Below, piece after piece: positions 1 to 9,191 of a stretch of 64,000 nt of DNA. The DNA lies in sequence record OQ417970.1; one strand, written 5' to 3'. Numbering within the stretch: position 1 is the first letter of the stretch; the number at the start of each line of letters is the position of its first letter. The stretch is from Mycobacterium phage prophiT46-2. Below the pieces are notes generated by a model. That model made no database searches, had not been told where the DNA came from, and was given only the letters and a program-made list of their open reading frames with translations. Both the position numbers and the translations under genes were made by a program.

Positions 1-91
1 AGGTTTTCGGCCGGGTGACGGGGTGTAACGTTTTGTTCACTCCGGGGTGTGTCTAACTTTCAATTCCTTTACTTCGCAAAGGTTTTCACTG

Positions 92-826
92 ATGCCTGCT
101 GCTTTAGTCGCGTTTACCCTTGTCACGGTCTGTTGGTCTCTGTGGATCAGGCGTATGACGTGGACTCGCCATATGGAGGTCGCCGCTACCCTCAACATTG
201 CGTTGCAGGGTGCGGCGATTTTTCTTATGTCCCCGTTGGCATCTCGAACACTCGGGGTTTGGTTGCACGCGCCGACCGGGTGCTGGAATCTTGAGGATCT
301 GATCGGCCATGATTGTTATGTTGTTGCGGCATCGGCGTTTTGCTATCACATGATTATCCGGCTTGACCAGGAGCAGCTGAAACGCCGCTTCAAACTTCAC
401 GTTGAACTCCCCGCGACCCTTTGCTTACCGATCATGCTGGCACTCTTCACTATCGGCAACAGTGCCAAGGTCTATAACGATGACTTCTTTCGCGTTGTTG
501 CGGACGTGTCGCTAACCGCTTACTGGATCGTGCTCTGCGGAACGCTGATGTACCTGCTGGGATACAGCATCTACTCGCTGATACCGATGTGGCGGGACCG
601 GCCGGCGATCCGTGGGCTGTGTGGGTCCTACATGTTGGCCGCAGGGTTCGGCGTGGCCGCGTGCGTGGTCAGGATCGCGACGACATTCCTACCGCCCGAA
701 ATGCAAGACACCGCAGCGACTTCCCTGCCCGTGTGGTTCCTCGCGTGCTGCTGCGGATTGGGGTTCGCCGCGATCTCGGCTCATTCGTGGCTGGAGAAGA
801 ACCGCCTCACGGGGCGGGTGTATTAG
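92..826 (+). CDS. Multi-pass integral membrane protein (about 245 aa), low-GC, convergent with the repressor; candidate prophage-expressed exclusion/defense protein
   Basis: ORF 47..826, internal Met at 92 begins a hydrophobic segment; at least 6 predicted TM stretches; codon usage visibly T-rich compared with neighbours. Confidence 0.55.
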   Translation: MPAALVAFTLVTVCWSLWIRRMTWTRHMEVAATLNIALQGAAIFLMSPLASRTLGVWLHAPTGCWNLEDLIGHDCYVVAASAFCYHMIIRLDQEQLKRRFKLHVELPATLCLPIMLALFTIGNSAKVYNDDFFRVVADVSLTAYWIVLCGTLMYLLGYSIYSLIPMWRDRPAIRGLCGSYMLAAGFGVAACVVRIATTFLPPEMQDTAATSLPVWFLACCCGLGFAAISAHSWLEKNRLTGRVY

Positions 827-1184
827 GTCCGAACGTATCGGGGTGGACAGGCGCGCGCTTGGTCGTCTTGGCAGGCCGCGCCTTAGTCTTTGTGCGGCCC
901 TGGACTTTTGGGGCTTCTGAGCCCTCCACGAGGCGCTTCTGCAGCTCCGTCGCTAATTCCGTGGTGGTGATGCGGGAAATGTCGGGCCGGACAGAAACTT
1001 CACCAAGATCCTCGGGCCCGATAACTCCTGCGGCGGCGAGCGCTTCGAGGGTCACCAGGCCGAAGGCTTTGGCGAACTGAACCACCTTGTTGGGGTCGGG
1101 GCGTGATTGGCTCTCGCCCTTGATCCAGTTGGAGATCGTGTTGGCGCTAAGTCCGGCACGATTCCCGGCGGCCTCGTAGGTCAT
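807..1184 (-). CDS. XRE-family HTH repressor (cI-like)
   Basis: ORF 807..1400 minus; Met at 1184 begins MTYEAAGNRAGLSANTISNWIKGESQ.. which is a classic HTH_XRE; divergent from a Cro-like gene across an operator-rich intergenic region. Confidence 0.6.
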   Translation of the reverse strand: MTYEAAGNRAGLSANTISNWIKGESQSRPDPNKVVQFAKAFGLVTLEALAAAGVIGPEDLGEVSVRPDISRITTTELATELQKRLVEGSEAPKVQGRTKTKARPAKTTKRAPVHPDTFGPNTPAP

Positions 1185-1229
1185 TCCTTTTGCTGCCGCC
1201 TCGACGAACGTAGACCACCGGGCGGCGTC

Positions 1230-1500
1230 GAAGTGTCCGTTCACGTTGCGAACTGTAATGCATTGCGTTGCGTCCACGCAACAAATTCGGCAAAGTTCAC
1301 CGCCGTACCGCAACGCATTGCGTTTCGTAAACGCGCACGTTGCAGGCGGCGCTAGCCCAGCGTAGGCGCCATTCCTGCCATCAAAATGCCGTTGCGGCAA
1401 CGCAACAAGGTGCGCGACACGCGGACGAAACGCGTTGCGTTTGATACCGCAACGCTCTACGGTTCACATCACAACAGAAACGCAATGCGATTCGGAAGTG
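1230..1500. promoter_or_regulatory. Divergent promoter/operator region with 4 or more copies of a 13-bp motif CGCAACGCAATGC in both orientations
   Basis: tgcattgcgttgcg (about 1260), cgcaacgcattgcg (about 1308), cggcaacgcaacaa (about 1397), aacgcgttgcgtttga..ccgcaacgc (about 1430-1455), aaacgcaatgcgatt (about 1481). Confidence 0.6.
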
Positions 1501-1508
1501 GGCGCCGT

Positions 1509-1742
1509 ATGGCAATCAGGTTCAAACGTCAGGGCCTCGACCTCATGCGTAAGCACAACGGGGGAGATCCCGGCGATATGCAGTTCGCTCGGGACATCGG
1601 CATGGACCGCGTCACGGTTTATCGCGTGCTCAATGGGCACGCAGATCCAGGCATCAAGTTCATCAACGGCGTTCTGAACGCGTACGGCGCTAAGCGGTTC
1701 AACGAGTTTTTCGAGGCAATCCCGGACGAGGCCGCATCGTGA
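1509..1742 (+). CDS. Cro-like HTH DNA-binding protein
   Basis: ORF 1386..1742; internal Met at 1509 lies just past the operator repeats; MAIRFKRQGLDLMRKHNGGDPGDMQFARDIGMDRVTVYRVLNG has an HTH signature. Confidence 0.5.
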   Translation: MAIRFKRQGLDLMRKHNGGDPGDMQFARDIGMDRVTVYRVLNGHADPGIKFINGVLNAYGAKRFNEFFEAIPDEAAS

Positions 1743-2029
1743 GCGACCGTATCGAGACATTCTCGTTGGCCCAGGTGGTGGCTGACGTGCTGCCCGAGGA
1801 ATGGACCGATGGTGAGCGCTGGTTGCGGCGACGACTGAATCGCGGCGAGATCGAGGGCTACAAGGTTGGCCGCGAGTGGCGCTTCACGAAAGCCCAAGTT
1901 GATGCGCTGATCGCGCACTTCACTAACGCCAAAACGGAGGTGGCCGCGCCAGAGGAAGAGACCGAGTCCGAGGCGCCGCTGGCGCTGGGTCTCTCCGCGC
2001 GATCACGTCGACGGCTGGTGAACGCATGA
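1739..2029 (+). CDS. Excisionase-like / MerR-type HTH DNA-binding protein
   Basis: MSDRIETFSLAQVVADVLPEEWTDGERWLRRRLNRGEIEGYKVGREWRF is a typical excisionase/HTH_17 pattern; start overlaps the upstream stop. Confidence 0.5.
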   Translation: MSDRIETFSLAQVVADVLPEEWTDGERWLRRRLNRGEIEGYKVGREWRFTKAQVDALIAHFTNAKTEVAAPEEETESEAPLALGLSARSRRRLVNA

Positions 2030-2403
2030 CCGCCCGCCCGGAAACGCTCGAGGCAGCATTGGCGGAACTCGACCGCGTGAGCGCCGACCGCGATCGGCTG
2101 CTGCAGAAGTTGGACGACGAGCCGGATTCAAAGAAGCTCATCCGCGATCTTGCAGACCTGATTCGGAGCCATTACAACGCCGCCAGTACCAGTGGTCAGC
2201 GTGCCCTGGTCCTGAATCTTGGGCAACTGCTGCGGCAGTCCGGCGCGCTGGTCGATGCGTTGACGACTGAGCTGCAGCACTACGTGTCCGCTGAGTTCGC
2301 GGCGCCGTATGAGCGTGACGAACTGCAGGAGCGAATCGCCGAGTTGTCCGACGAGATCGCGGACCTGCGGACGCGCGAGTGCGCAAGGTCGGTGATCTTG
2401 TGA
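2026..2403 (+). CDS. Hypothetical coiled-coil protein
   Basis: ORF, translationally coupled to upstream gene. Confidence 0.4.
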   Translation: MTARPETLEAALAELDRVSADRDRLLQKLDDEPDSKKLIRDLADLIRSHYNAASTSGQRALVLNLGQLLRQSGALVDALTTELQHYVSAEFAAPYERDELQERIAELSDEIADLRTRECARSVIL

Positions 2404-2870
2404 TCGCCGCCGATAGCGCACTGGGAATCGTATTCGGGCTGGCTGCCGAGTTCCTGCGTGGTGCAGCGGCTTCCGTCGCGACGGTATGCCAGCGGCTTGC
2501 CGAGCAGCGCTCGGAGCCGCCGAAGCTGCTGGCTGCTGCGCCTGATGAAAACCCGCTCATGGACTTGGTTGACGCCGAGGTTCATTGCCCGGATTGCAAC
2601 TGCCCCACCGTCTGTGGGTGCGGACGCGAGCTGTACATGGAGCGCGCGAATACGGATGGGCTTCCGATGTGGTTCCACCGTGACGACGATTCACCGATCA
2701 CTCAGCGGTGCGCGGACATTCGGGACAGCCTGGCAGATGCACCGGTCTCACACACCGATCTTGCCGCGTGCATCACCAGGGTCTGGGTCGGGGGAACTCA
2801 CCTCGGATACATCTGGGGCGATCCCATCGCCAGCGCTCTGCTGGCGGATTACCGCATCACCAAGAAGTAA
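2379..2870 (+). CDS. Hypothetical protein with Cys cluster (CPDCNCPTVCGCG)
   Basis: ORF 163 aa; start uncertain because it overlaps the previous ORF. Confidence 0.4.
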   Translation: MRKVGDLVIAADSALGIVFGLAAEFLRGAAASVATVCQRLAEQRSEPPKLLAAAPDENPLMDLVDAEVHCPDCNCPTVCGCGRELYMERANTDGLPMWFHRDDDSPITQRCADIRDSLADAPVSHTDLAACITRVWVGGTHLGYIWGDPIASALLADYRITKK

Positions 2871-2900
2871 GCCCCGCTGCTGGAACAGCGGGGCCAGGCA

Positions 2901-3212
2901 ATGGATCACAACGGAGAGAGGAACCCAATGCCAACCATGGAGTCTACCCACGAGATCAAGGAACGCGAGGACGGTGCTCTGGTCGCGTACGTCGAGCGGG
3001 CGCTGGGGCCGAGTCAGGTGGGTGTTGCGATGCCACATCCTGCCGGTGACGGATGGCTGACGATCCTGTGGGACGAGAAGGCCCAGAGTGCGGAATTCAC
3101 GGCGCACGCTGCCGGTTCACGTTGCGACGAGAAGGCGCGGGAAGCCGCCCGCCAGCTGCTCGAATTTCACGCCGCAATCATCGCGCGTCTTGTTGCGGCG
3201 GTGGAGAAGTGA
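2901..3212 (+). CDS. Hypothetical protein
   Basis: ORF 103 aa. Confidence 0.4.
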   Translation: MDHNGERNPMPTMESTHEIKEREDGALVAYVERALGPSQVGVAMPHPAGDGWLTILWDEKAQSAEFTAHAAGSRCDEKAREAARQLLEFHAAIIARLVAAVEK

Positions 3213-3598
3213 GCGCCACGGCAGTGCGGCGCGTTCTGATCGGGATGCTCACGGGCGCGGTGCTGGCAATGGCTGCGGTCGGGTACGCCCAGCGCGCGCA
3301 TGCCGCACCGAACGACGGCTGCGAGACAGTGAGCTGGGGCATGTTCGGCAGCCAGTTGCGAACGATCTGCGACGGCCCGAAACGCCCTGACGGCAGCTGG
3401 ATTCGGGAGCGCCGGATTTGGACGGCCGCCGGATGGGTGCGGGGCAGCACCTACTGCGGCTACTACTCGTGCACTCGCAGCGAGGGCTACTACCGCCAGG
3501 AAAGCACGCAGGGCTACGAGAAGTACCTGGTGTTCGACTACAACGTGGTTCCCGGTGAGCCGGATTGGCTGCCGGCTGGAACGGTGGTCGTCCGGTGA
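3209..3598 (+). CDS. Secreted Cys-containing protein with N-terminal signal peptide
   Basis: GTG at 3209 overlaps the upstream stop; VSATAVRRVLIGMLTGAVLAMAAVGYAQRAHA-APNDGCE.. is a signal peptide plus AXA cleavage motif. Confidence 0.5.
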   Translation: MSATAVRRVLIGMLTGAVLAMAAVGYAQRAHAAPNDGCETVSWGMFGSQLRTICDGPKRPDGSWIRERRIWTAAGWVRGSTYCGYYSCTRSEGYYRQESTQGYEKYLVFDYNVVPGEPDWLPAGTVVVR

Positions 3599-3852
3599 CG
3601 GCGCTGCAGCCGGTTTGGACACCGGACGATTTCGATGACACCTGCGCTGCGGTGGCTCTGCAGGAGCCGGTGATGCTGCCGGTGCAGAACCGGGCGCAAC
3701 TGCTGGACAAGGTGTTGGCGGAGCTGCAGATCGAGGTCGAGCGCCCCTCTGTGGTGCCGCCCGCGACCAGGGGACGTCGGTACCGAGGGCAGCACCGCGC
3801 CAACAAGTTGCGCCTGACCGTTGCGGATCTTCGGGACGGCGGTGCCCGATGA
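3565..3852 (+). CDS. Hypothetical protein
   Basis: ORF 95 aa in the operon series. Confidence 0.35.
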   Translation: MAAGWNGGRPVTALQPVWTPDDFDDTCAAVALQEPVMLPVQNRAQLLDKVLAELQIEVERPSVVPPATRGRRYRGQHRANKLRLTVADLRDGGAR

Positions 3853-4136
3853 GCGGGGAACCTATTGGCGAGGTTGAACTCAGCAGCGGCGCCGTCTACG
3901 TCTGGGTCAGCTTGGACTCGGGCAAGACGATCATGCGTATCAGCGACCGGCATGGCCGAAGTGATGCCGGGGCATTGAGGCCGGACGAGATCGCGCAAGT
4001 CGTTGAGCTGCTGGAGCGGGCTCGGCAGGTTGCGCCTGCAATCCTGGCCGCTCACAAGGTGCGCCAGCGCGCCGTCATGACTGCCGAAGCCACGTACGAG
4101 CGGATCGTGGCGAGAGCAGTAGGCGGTGCTCGGTGA
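3849..4136 (+). CDS. Hypothetical protein
   Basis: ORF 95 aa, coupled (ATGA overlap). Confidence 0.4.
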   Translation: MSGEPIGEVELSSGAVYVWVSLDSGKTIMRISDRHGRSDAGALRPDEIAQVVELLERARQVAPAILAAHKVRQRAVMTAEATYERIVARAVGGAR

Positions 4137-4405
4137 GGCGGCCAGGGGTGGATCAGTCGTACGAAACCGACCTCGATCGTGTGGCTGAGGATGCGCTCGA
4201 CCTTGTCGAAAGGCTTCGTGAGGACGATCCACGCCGGGTGTTTGAGCAGCTTCGGCTCCTGGCAGAGCTGCACCCGGCCAAGTATGCGCAGATCACTATG
4301 ACGCTCGCGGCGTTCGTCAATCCCGACGAGGGCACGGTTGCGTTACAGCGCCGGGTCGACGCCATCGCAGAAAACCGCGCTCGCCTCTCGGTGTTGGCGT
4401 CATGA
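4133..4405 (+). CDS. Hypothetical protein
   Basis: ORF 90 aa, coupled. Confidence 0.4.
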   Translation: MRRPGVDQSYETDLDRVAEDALDLVERLREDDPRRVFEQLRLLAELHPAKYAQITMTLAAFVNPDEGTVALQRRVDAIAENRARLSVLAS

Positions 4406-4587
4406 CGCGCGCACTGGCGGTCGCCGCCTGGGTGTTCGGGCTGGTGGCGTGGGCCGCACTCGTCATGTTCTGCATCGAACTGTTTGCGGTCGCCCTGTTG
4501 CTTTGCGCCGCATCGATCTTGCTGTGGGGTCTCCGGCTTTACCCGGACCCTGCCGACCGATCAGAAGAGACAGGGGTGAACCGGTGA
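4402..4587 (+). CDS. Small two-TM membrane protein
   Basis: 61 aa, two hydrophobic helices. Confidence 0.4.
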   Translation: MTRALAVAAWVFGLVAWAALVMFCIELFAVALLLCAASILLWGLRLYPDPADRSEETGVNR

Positions 4588-4739
4588 TGGCGTACGAGTA
4601 CGAGGCCGAGGAGTGGCGCGCTGCCACGCACACGATGACGGAAATGGAGCGCGCCGCAGCGGATGTCGCGCGGCGCGGAGCGCTCGGCATGGCCGGTGAC
4701 CGCACGGACGCTCTCGACGAAGTGGGGAGCTACCAGTGA
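4587..4739 (+). CDS. Small hypothetical protein
   Basis: MAYEYEAEEWRAATHTM.., fills the gap before the exonuclease gene. Confidence 0.3.
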   Translation: MAYEYEAEEWRAATHTMTEMERAAADVARRGALGMAGDRTDALDEVGSYQ

Positions 4740-5743
4740 CCGATACTCCTTTTTGGGCCAACTATGCCGAGCTGGCTGGTGACTACAAGGATCGTGACGA
4801 GTGGCTTGAGTTGCGGCGCACTGGTATCGGTTCGTCGGACTGCTCAGCAGTTCTTGGGATGGGCAAGTACGGTTCGCCGTTCTCCGTGTGGGTGGAGAAG
4901 ACAGGCCGAGCCCGCCCGGAGGACGAGACCGAGGCGATGATGTGGGGCACGCTGCTGGAGCCCGTGATCCGCGAGGAGCTGGCCCGCCGCCTCAACGTGG
5001 AAATCCTTGAGTGCAAGACGCTGCGGTCGCTGGTGCGGCCCTGGCAGCTGTACAACCCGGACGGTCTGATCCTCTCGCTCAACGCCCTCGTAGAGATCAA
5101 AAATGCGTCGGCATGGCTGGCATCTGACTGGGAAGACCAGGTGCCAGATCACGCGGAACTGCAGGTGCAGCACGGGATGGCGGTCACGGGCGCTGACGGG
5201 GCTTACGTGGCCGGCCTGGTGGGTGGAAATCGGTTGCGCTGGGAGTACATCCCGCGTGACGAGGACCTGATCGCCACGATCAATCAGGCCGAGCAGCACC
5301 TATGGGAGACATACATCATCCCCGATGTCGCACCCCCGATCGACGGCTCGGACGCAACCGCGGAGGCCATCGCCGCACGCTGGCCGCGGCAGCCGGGAGT
5401 GGAGCTAATCGCAGAAGACCCCGCCTCGGTGGCCGATGCCGTCTCGGCCTATCGCTGCGCCCTCACGCAGGAGAAGGCGTCGAAGGTGGCCAAAGCAGAA
5501 GCGGTGAACCGGTTAGCCGCGCTGCTGCAGGGCGCTGACGTGCTCACAGATGAGGTGGGCAACAAGTTGGTTGCACTCAAACGAGGCCAGTTCCGAGAGA
5601 AGGAATTCCGCGCTGAGGAGCCTGACGCGGACCTGTGGCTCCACAAGGTCGAGGTCGTCGACCGTGACCTCCTCAAGTCCGAAAACCCCGAGCTATATCG
5701 GCGTTTTCAATCCACATCCATCTACATACCGAAAGGGAAATAA
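4736..5743 (+). CDS. recE: RecE-like / YqaJ-type (lambda-exonuclease fold) 5'-3' exonuclease
   Basis: YqaJ/PD-(D/E)XK pattern (GIGSSDCSAVLG...E...D.E.K); immediately upstream of a RecT gene, as in Che9c gp60/gp61. Confidence 0.7.
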   Translation: MTDTPFWANYAELAGDYKDRDEWLELRRTGIGSSDCSAVLGMGKYGSPFSVWVEKTGRARPEDETEAMMWGTLLEPVIREELARRLNVEILECKTLRSLVRPWQLYNPDGLILSLNALVEIKNASAWLASDWEDQVPDHAELQVQHGMAVTGADGAYVAGLVGGNRLRWEYIPRDEDLIATINQAEQHLWETYIIPDVAPPIDGSDATAEAIAARWPRQPGVELIAEDPASVADAVSAYRCALTQEKASKVAKAEAVNRLAALLQGADVLTDEVGNKLVALKRGQFREKEFRAEEPDADLWLHKVEVVDRDLLKSENPELYRRFQSTSIYIPKGK

Positions 5744-5748
5744 CCACC

Positions 5749-6801
5749 ATGGCAAGAGATCTGGCACGACGCGCACAACAGTCGGTCGCCCAGCAGGGTG
5801 GCGGAGAGTCGCTACAGACCCAGCTCGCGAAGATGGAGACGCAGTTTCAGCGGGCCATGCCGCGAGGAGTGGAAGCCGTACAGCTGATCCGCGACGTGAT
5901 GACGTGTGTGAAGCAGACTCCGAAGCTGGCGGAGTGCGACCCGGTATCGGTGTTGGGATCGGCGATGACATGCGCACAGCTAGGTTTGCGTCCGGGTGTG
6001 GGCGCATTGGGCCACGCGTGGATTTTGCCATTCTGGGACAGCAAGACTCGCGGCCAAAAGGCCCAACTGATCATCGGCTACAAGGGCTATGTCGAGCTCG
6101 GTCACCGCTCCGAGCAGATCGCCTCACTGCACTCGCGGATTGTGTACAGCAACGATCAGTTCGAGGTCGAATACGGTGCGGCCGAGGATAAATGGGTGCA
6201 CCGCCCGAACCTGGACGGCCCGCGTGGTGATGCCCGCCTGTTCTACGCGGTTGGTCGTCTAGCCAACGGCGGTTACTCGCTGACCGATCCGATGACGGTC
6301 GCGGACATGGAGGAACATCGAGACAAGTTCGCCATGGCCAAGACCCGCGAAGGCAAGATCATCGGTCCGTGGTCGGATCATTTCGACGCCATGGGCAAAA
6401 AGACGATGCTGTTGCGGCTGATGGCGTTGATGCCGAAGTCGACGGAGATTCAGCGGGCCATCGACAACGACGGCAGTGTGCGCCTGGATCTTTCTGAGGG
6501 TGCGATCGACAGCCCGACCCATATCGACGGTGAGGTTGTCGGTGAGCCGGTGGACGAACCGACACCCGAGCGGGAGTCAATCGATGTTCGCGGCCCAGTC
6601 GAGGACGTCCTGATGGCGACGGGTCAGCAGCTGACTCGGTTGGCGCAGATCCGGAAAGAGCAGGGCTTCGGCGGTGACGATTCCGGCTGGTTCGACTACG
6701 TGCTGTCGGCTACCCAGGCGCAGGTCAGCCGAGACCAGGACCTGACCGAGGAACAGGCTCAGTCGTTGATCGACCTGTTCAACGAGGACGTGAAGAAGTG
6801 A
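5749..6801 (+). CDS. recT: RecT-family single-strand annealing recombinase
   Basis: RecT-like core (GYKGYVELGHRS..., FAMAKTREGKIIGPW), paired with the upstream exonuclease. Confidence 0.7.
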   Translation: MARDLARRAQQSVAQQGGGESLQTQLAKMETQFQRAMPRGVEAVQLIRDVMTCVKQTPKLAECDPVSVLGSAMTCAQLGLRPGVGALGHAWILPFWDSKTRGQKAQLIIGYKGYVELGHRSEQIASLHSRIVYSNDQFEVEYGAAEDKWVHRPNLDGPRGDARLFYAVGRLANGGYSLTDPMTVADMEEHRDKFAMAKTREGKIIGPWSDHFDAMGKKTMLLRLMALMPKSTEIQRAIDNDGSVRLDLSEGAIDSPTHIDGEVVGEPVDEPTPERESIDVRGPVEDVLMATGQQLTRLAQIRKEQGFGGDDSGWFDYVLSATQAQVSRDQDLTEEQAQSLIDLFNEDVKK

Positions 6802-7211
6802 GCGCCACATTCACTGCGGTCGGCACATTCACCGTCATCTACTGCGGGCACGAGGGCTGCGGAGTTCCGTTCGCGCTCCATGATGAATTCATCCGTCAGC
6901 GCCGAGAGGACCACAAGACGTGGTACTGCCCGAACGGCCACCCGCGGTACTACCCGCGTGAGAACGAGACCGAGAAGGCCAAGGCGGCGGTCAGACGGTT
7001 GGAGCGGCAGCTGGCCAACCGGGACGAGGATCTGCGCGCAGCCAAGGTTGCGCACGCGGTCACAAAGGGCAAGTTGACGAAGACCCGCAACCGCATCGCC
7101 AAGGGCGTATGCCCCTGCTGTAACAGGTCATTCGTCAACCTCGGCAAGCACATGGCAGGCCAGCACCCGGACTTCGGTGCCGCTGAAAACGCCGGCACCA
7201 CAACTCGATAA
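6798..7211 (+). CDS. Zinc-ribbon protein (CxxC x2)
   Basis: CGHEGC...CPNGH and CPCCNRSF motifs. Confidence 0.45.
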   Translation: MSATFTAVGTFTVIYCGHEGCGVPFALHDEFIRQRREDHKTWYCPNGHPRYYPRENETEKAKAAVRRLERQLANRDEDLRAAKVAHAVTKGKLTKTRNRIAKGVCPCCNRSFVNLGKHMAGQHPDFGAAENAGTTTR

Positions 7212-7237
7212 CCATCCTCGGAAGGAACACACCAATC

Positions 7238-7696
7238 ATGTCTGTGACATTCAACCGTGCCCAACTGATCAACGTCGCCAACTCTGCGCTCGCCGCGCAT
7301 GAACGCGCTCGGGTCGACTACATCAAAGCGTGCGATAAGTACCGCGCCGACCACGCCCGTCAGCACGATAACACCGCCAAACTCCGAGTTGTCCGCGACT
7401 GGCTCACGGCCCAGCTGAAGAAGGGCGGCCCGATCGCAGAGCCCGGCAGCGACATTCTGGGCGGCGGAAACTTCCGCGGCCTGTTCTACACCCCACCAGG
7501 CAACTACGACGTCCGTAACTCGGTGGCCGAGCCGGACGGGCTGCTCTCGCCGGCACAGGCCATTGAGACACGGTCGCTACTCAAGGTGCTGGAGGCCGCT
7601 ACCGGCGACACGGTGAGCGCCGCCGAGCTGAAGCTACTGGGACTCAAGAACCTTCAGCCGGTGTTCGCCGCCGCGGCTCGGGAGGCAGGCAAGTGA
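7238..7696 (+). CDS. Hypothetical protein
   Basis: ORF 152 aa. Confidence 0.4.
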   Translation: MSVTFNRAQLINVANSALAAHERARVDYIKACDKYRADHARQHDNTAKLRVVRDWLTAQLKKGGPIAEPGSDILGGGNFRGLFYTPPGNYDVRNSVAEPDGLLSPAQAIETRSLLKVLEAATGDTVSAAELKLLGLKNLQPVFAAAAREAGK

Positions 7697-8763
7697 GTAT
7701 CACCGTGGCAACGAAGAAACTGATCGAAGTCCTGACCGACGCGCTTGCGGTGAGCAATGGGACTGGTGGAGGTGTTCACCTCACCACTACCCGCGGGCCG
7801 TGGCGCGAGGAACCCGGGGACGTGGATCTACTGGTTGCGACATCGACCACCAAGAACGTCCTTGGGCATACCTGGATTCCGGTCGACGGCCGGATCGACC
7901 CGATGGTGTGGCCCTGCCAGTCGGTGAAAGACGTGTTGACGCTGTGCAAGTCGTGGCTGAAGGGCGACGAACACACCGTCGATATCGATCTGGAATTGGC
8001 CGACCCGCCCGAGAACAAGAAGGACGACGGGCACCCCGGGTGGACTATCAAGCTGACCGAGACTCCAGCACTGTTCGACTCGGACAACACCATTAAGTTC
8101 CACGCGCACCACGGTTCTCGGTTCCCCCTCGAACTGGTCAGTCGGATTCGGACAGGCCGGTTCCCGGCGAGAGACGACTACGAGGAGGTGCCGCTGACAC
8201 TGTGGTCGGCTGCGGTGTTGTCGCCGCTGGTGAAGGTCGCTAAACGCCGAAACATGCAGATCCAAATGTTCCGCTCGCCGGAACGACGGCTACAGCTCGT
8301 GCAGATCGGCGACACCTGGATCGGTGCGGCCACCCCCGGCGTACCCCTGCCAGGAGACCCGACCGACGAGCCGAGCATCGAACCGGTACTGGGCGCAGAA
8401 GACGACCTCGTTGCCGCGTTGAAGGAGATGAAGCGCAGCGGCATCACCGTCTCAGTCGAGAGCCCGCAAGGCATGCTCGGGGAGGTCGTGGCTGACGCGG
8501 CCGACAAGTTGGCCGGCGGCGCCGGCTCGCGGGAGCTGCTGCGGCAGGCCGTGGAGCTGATAACCACCACACAATTCGTGTCGGCCGCCAACCTGCAGCG
8601 CAAGCTCAACGTCGGATTCGCAAAGGCTGAATGGATTCTCGCCGAGCTGACCGCGGCAGGAATCGTGACAGCGGCCGAGGGCACCAGCGCACGTAAGGCG
8701 CTGTTCGGGCCCGCCCAGGTGGCCGACGCACTCAAGGCGCTCGGGAATGTGAGCGAGCAGTGA
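7693..8763 (+). CDS. Hypothetical protein with C-terminal FtsK-gamma-like winged-helix domain
   Basis: C-terminus AVELITTTQFVSAANLQRKLNVGFAKAEWILAELTAAGIV matches the FtsK gamma (KOPS-binding) signature ..SiS.LQRrl.iGy.RAar..d.lE..GiV. Confidence 0.5.
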   Translation: MSITVATKKLIEVLTDALAVSNGTGGGVHLTTTRGPWREEPGDVDLLVATSTTKNVLGHTWIPVDGRIDPMVWPCQSVKDVLTLCKSWLKGDEHTVDIDLELADPPENKKDDGHPGWTIKLTETPALFDSDNTIKFHAHHGSRFPLELVSRIRTGRFPARDDYEEVPLTLWSAAVLSPLVKVAKRRNMQIQMFRSPERRLQLVQIGDTWIGAATPGVPLPGDPTDEPSIEPVLGAEDDLVAALKEMKRSGITVSVESPQGMLGEVVADAADKLAGGAGSRELLRQAVELITTTQFVSAANLQRKLNVGFAKAEWILAELTAAGIVTAAEGTSARKALFGPAQVADALKALGNVSEQ

Positions 8764-9191
8764 CGACGCCGACGCTGCTGAACACCTCGGATGTGGTGTT
8801 CTTCGTTCCGGGTAAGCCCGCCCCGCAGGGCAGCAAGAGACATGTCGGCCGAGGGGTCCTCGTCGAATCGTCGAAAGAGGTTGGCCCGTGGCGCGAACGG
8901 GTCGCGCTGGTGGCGCACGGGGCGATGGCGGGCCGCCCAATGTTCGACGGGCCGGTGTCGGTCACGCTGCAATTCGTCCTGCCCAGGCCGAAATCAGCGC
9001 CCAAGACCCGCACACCGGCGGCCACCAAACGGCCCGACCTCGACAAACTGGAACGCGCGATCCTCGACGCCCTCACAGATGTGTGCTTCGCCGACGACTC
9101 GCAGGTGGTGAGCCTGTCCGGCTACAAGCGGATAGCCGAGCTGGGGGAGACGGCAGGCGTCGAGGTCCGCGTAGAGGGCTTCGGATTATGA
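8760..9191 (+). CDS. rusA: RusA-family Holliday junction resolvase
   Basis: About 140 aa; PKSAPKTR..DLDKLERAILDALTDVCFADDSQV is RusA-like. Confidence 0.6.
   Translation: MTTPTLLNTSDVVFFVPGKPAPQGSKRHVGRGVLVESSKEVGPWRERVALVAHGAMAGRPMFDGPVSVTLQFVLPRPKSAPKTRTPAATKRPDLDKLERAILDALTDVCFADDSQVVSLSGYKRIAELGETAGVEVRVEGFGL

Noticed and set aside
3167-4232. Minus-strand 327-aa and 151-aa ORFs opposite the early plus-strand operon
   Set aside because: Pro/Arg/Ser-rich, overlap five co-directional coupled plus-strand genes; judged antisense artefacts.
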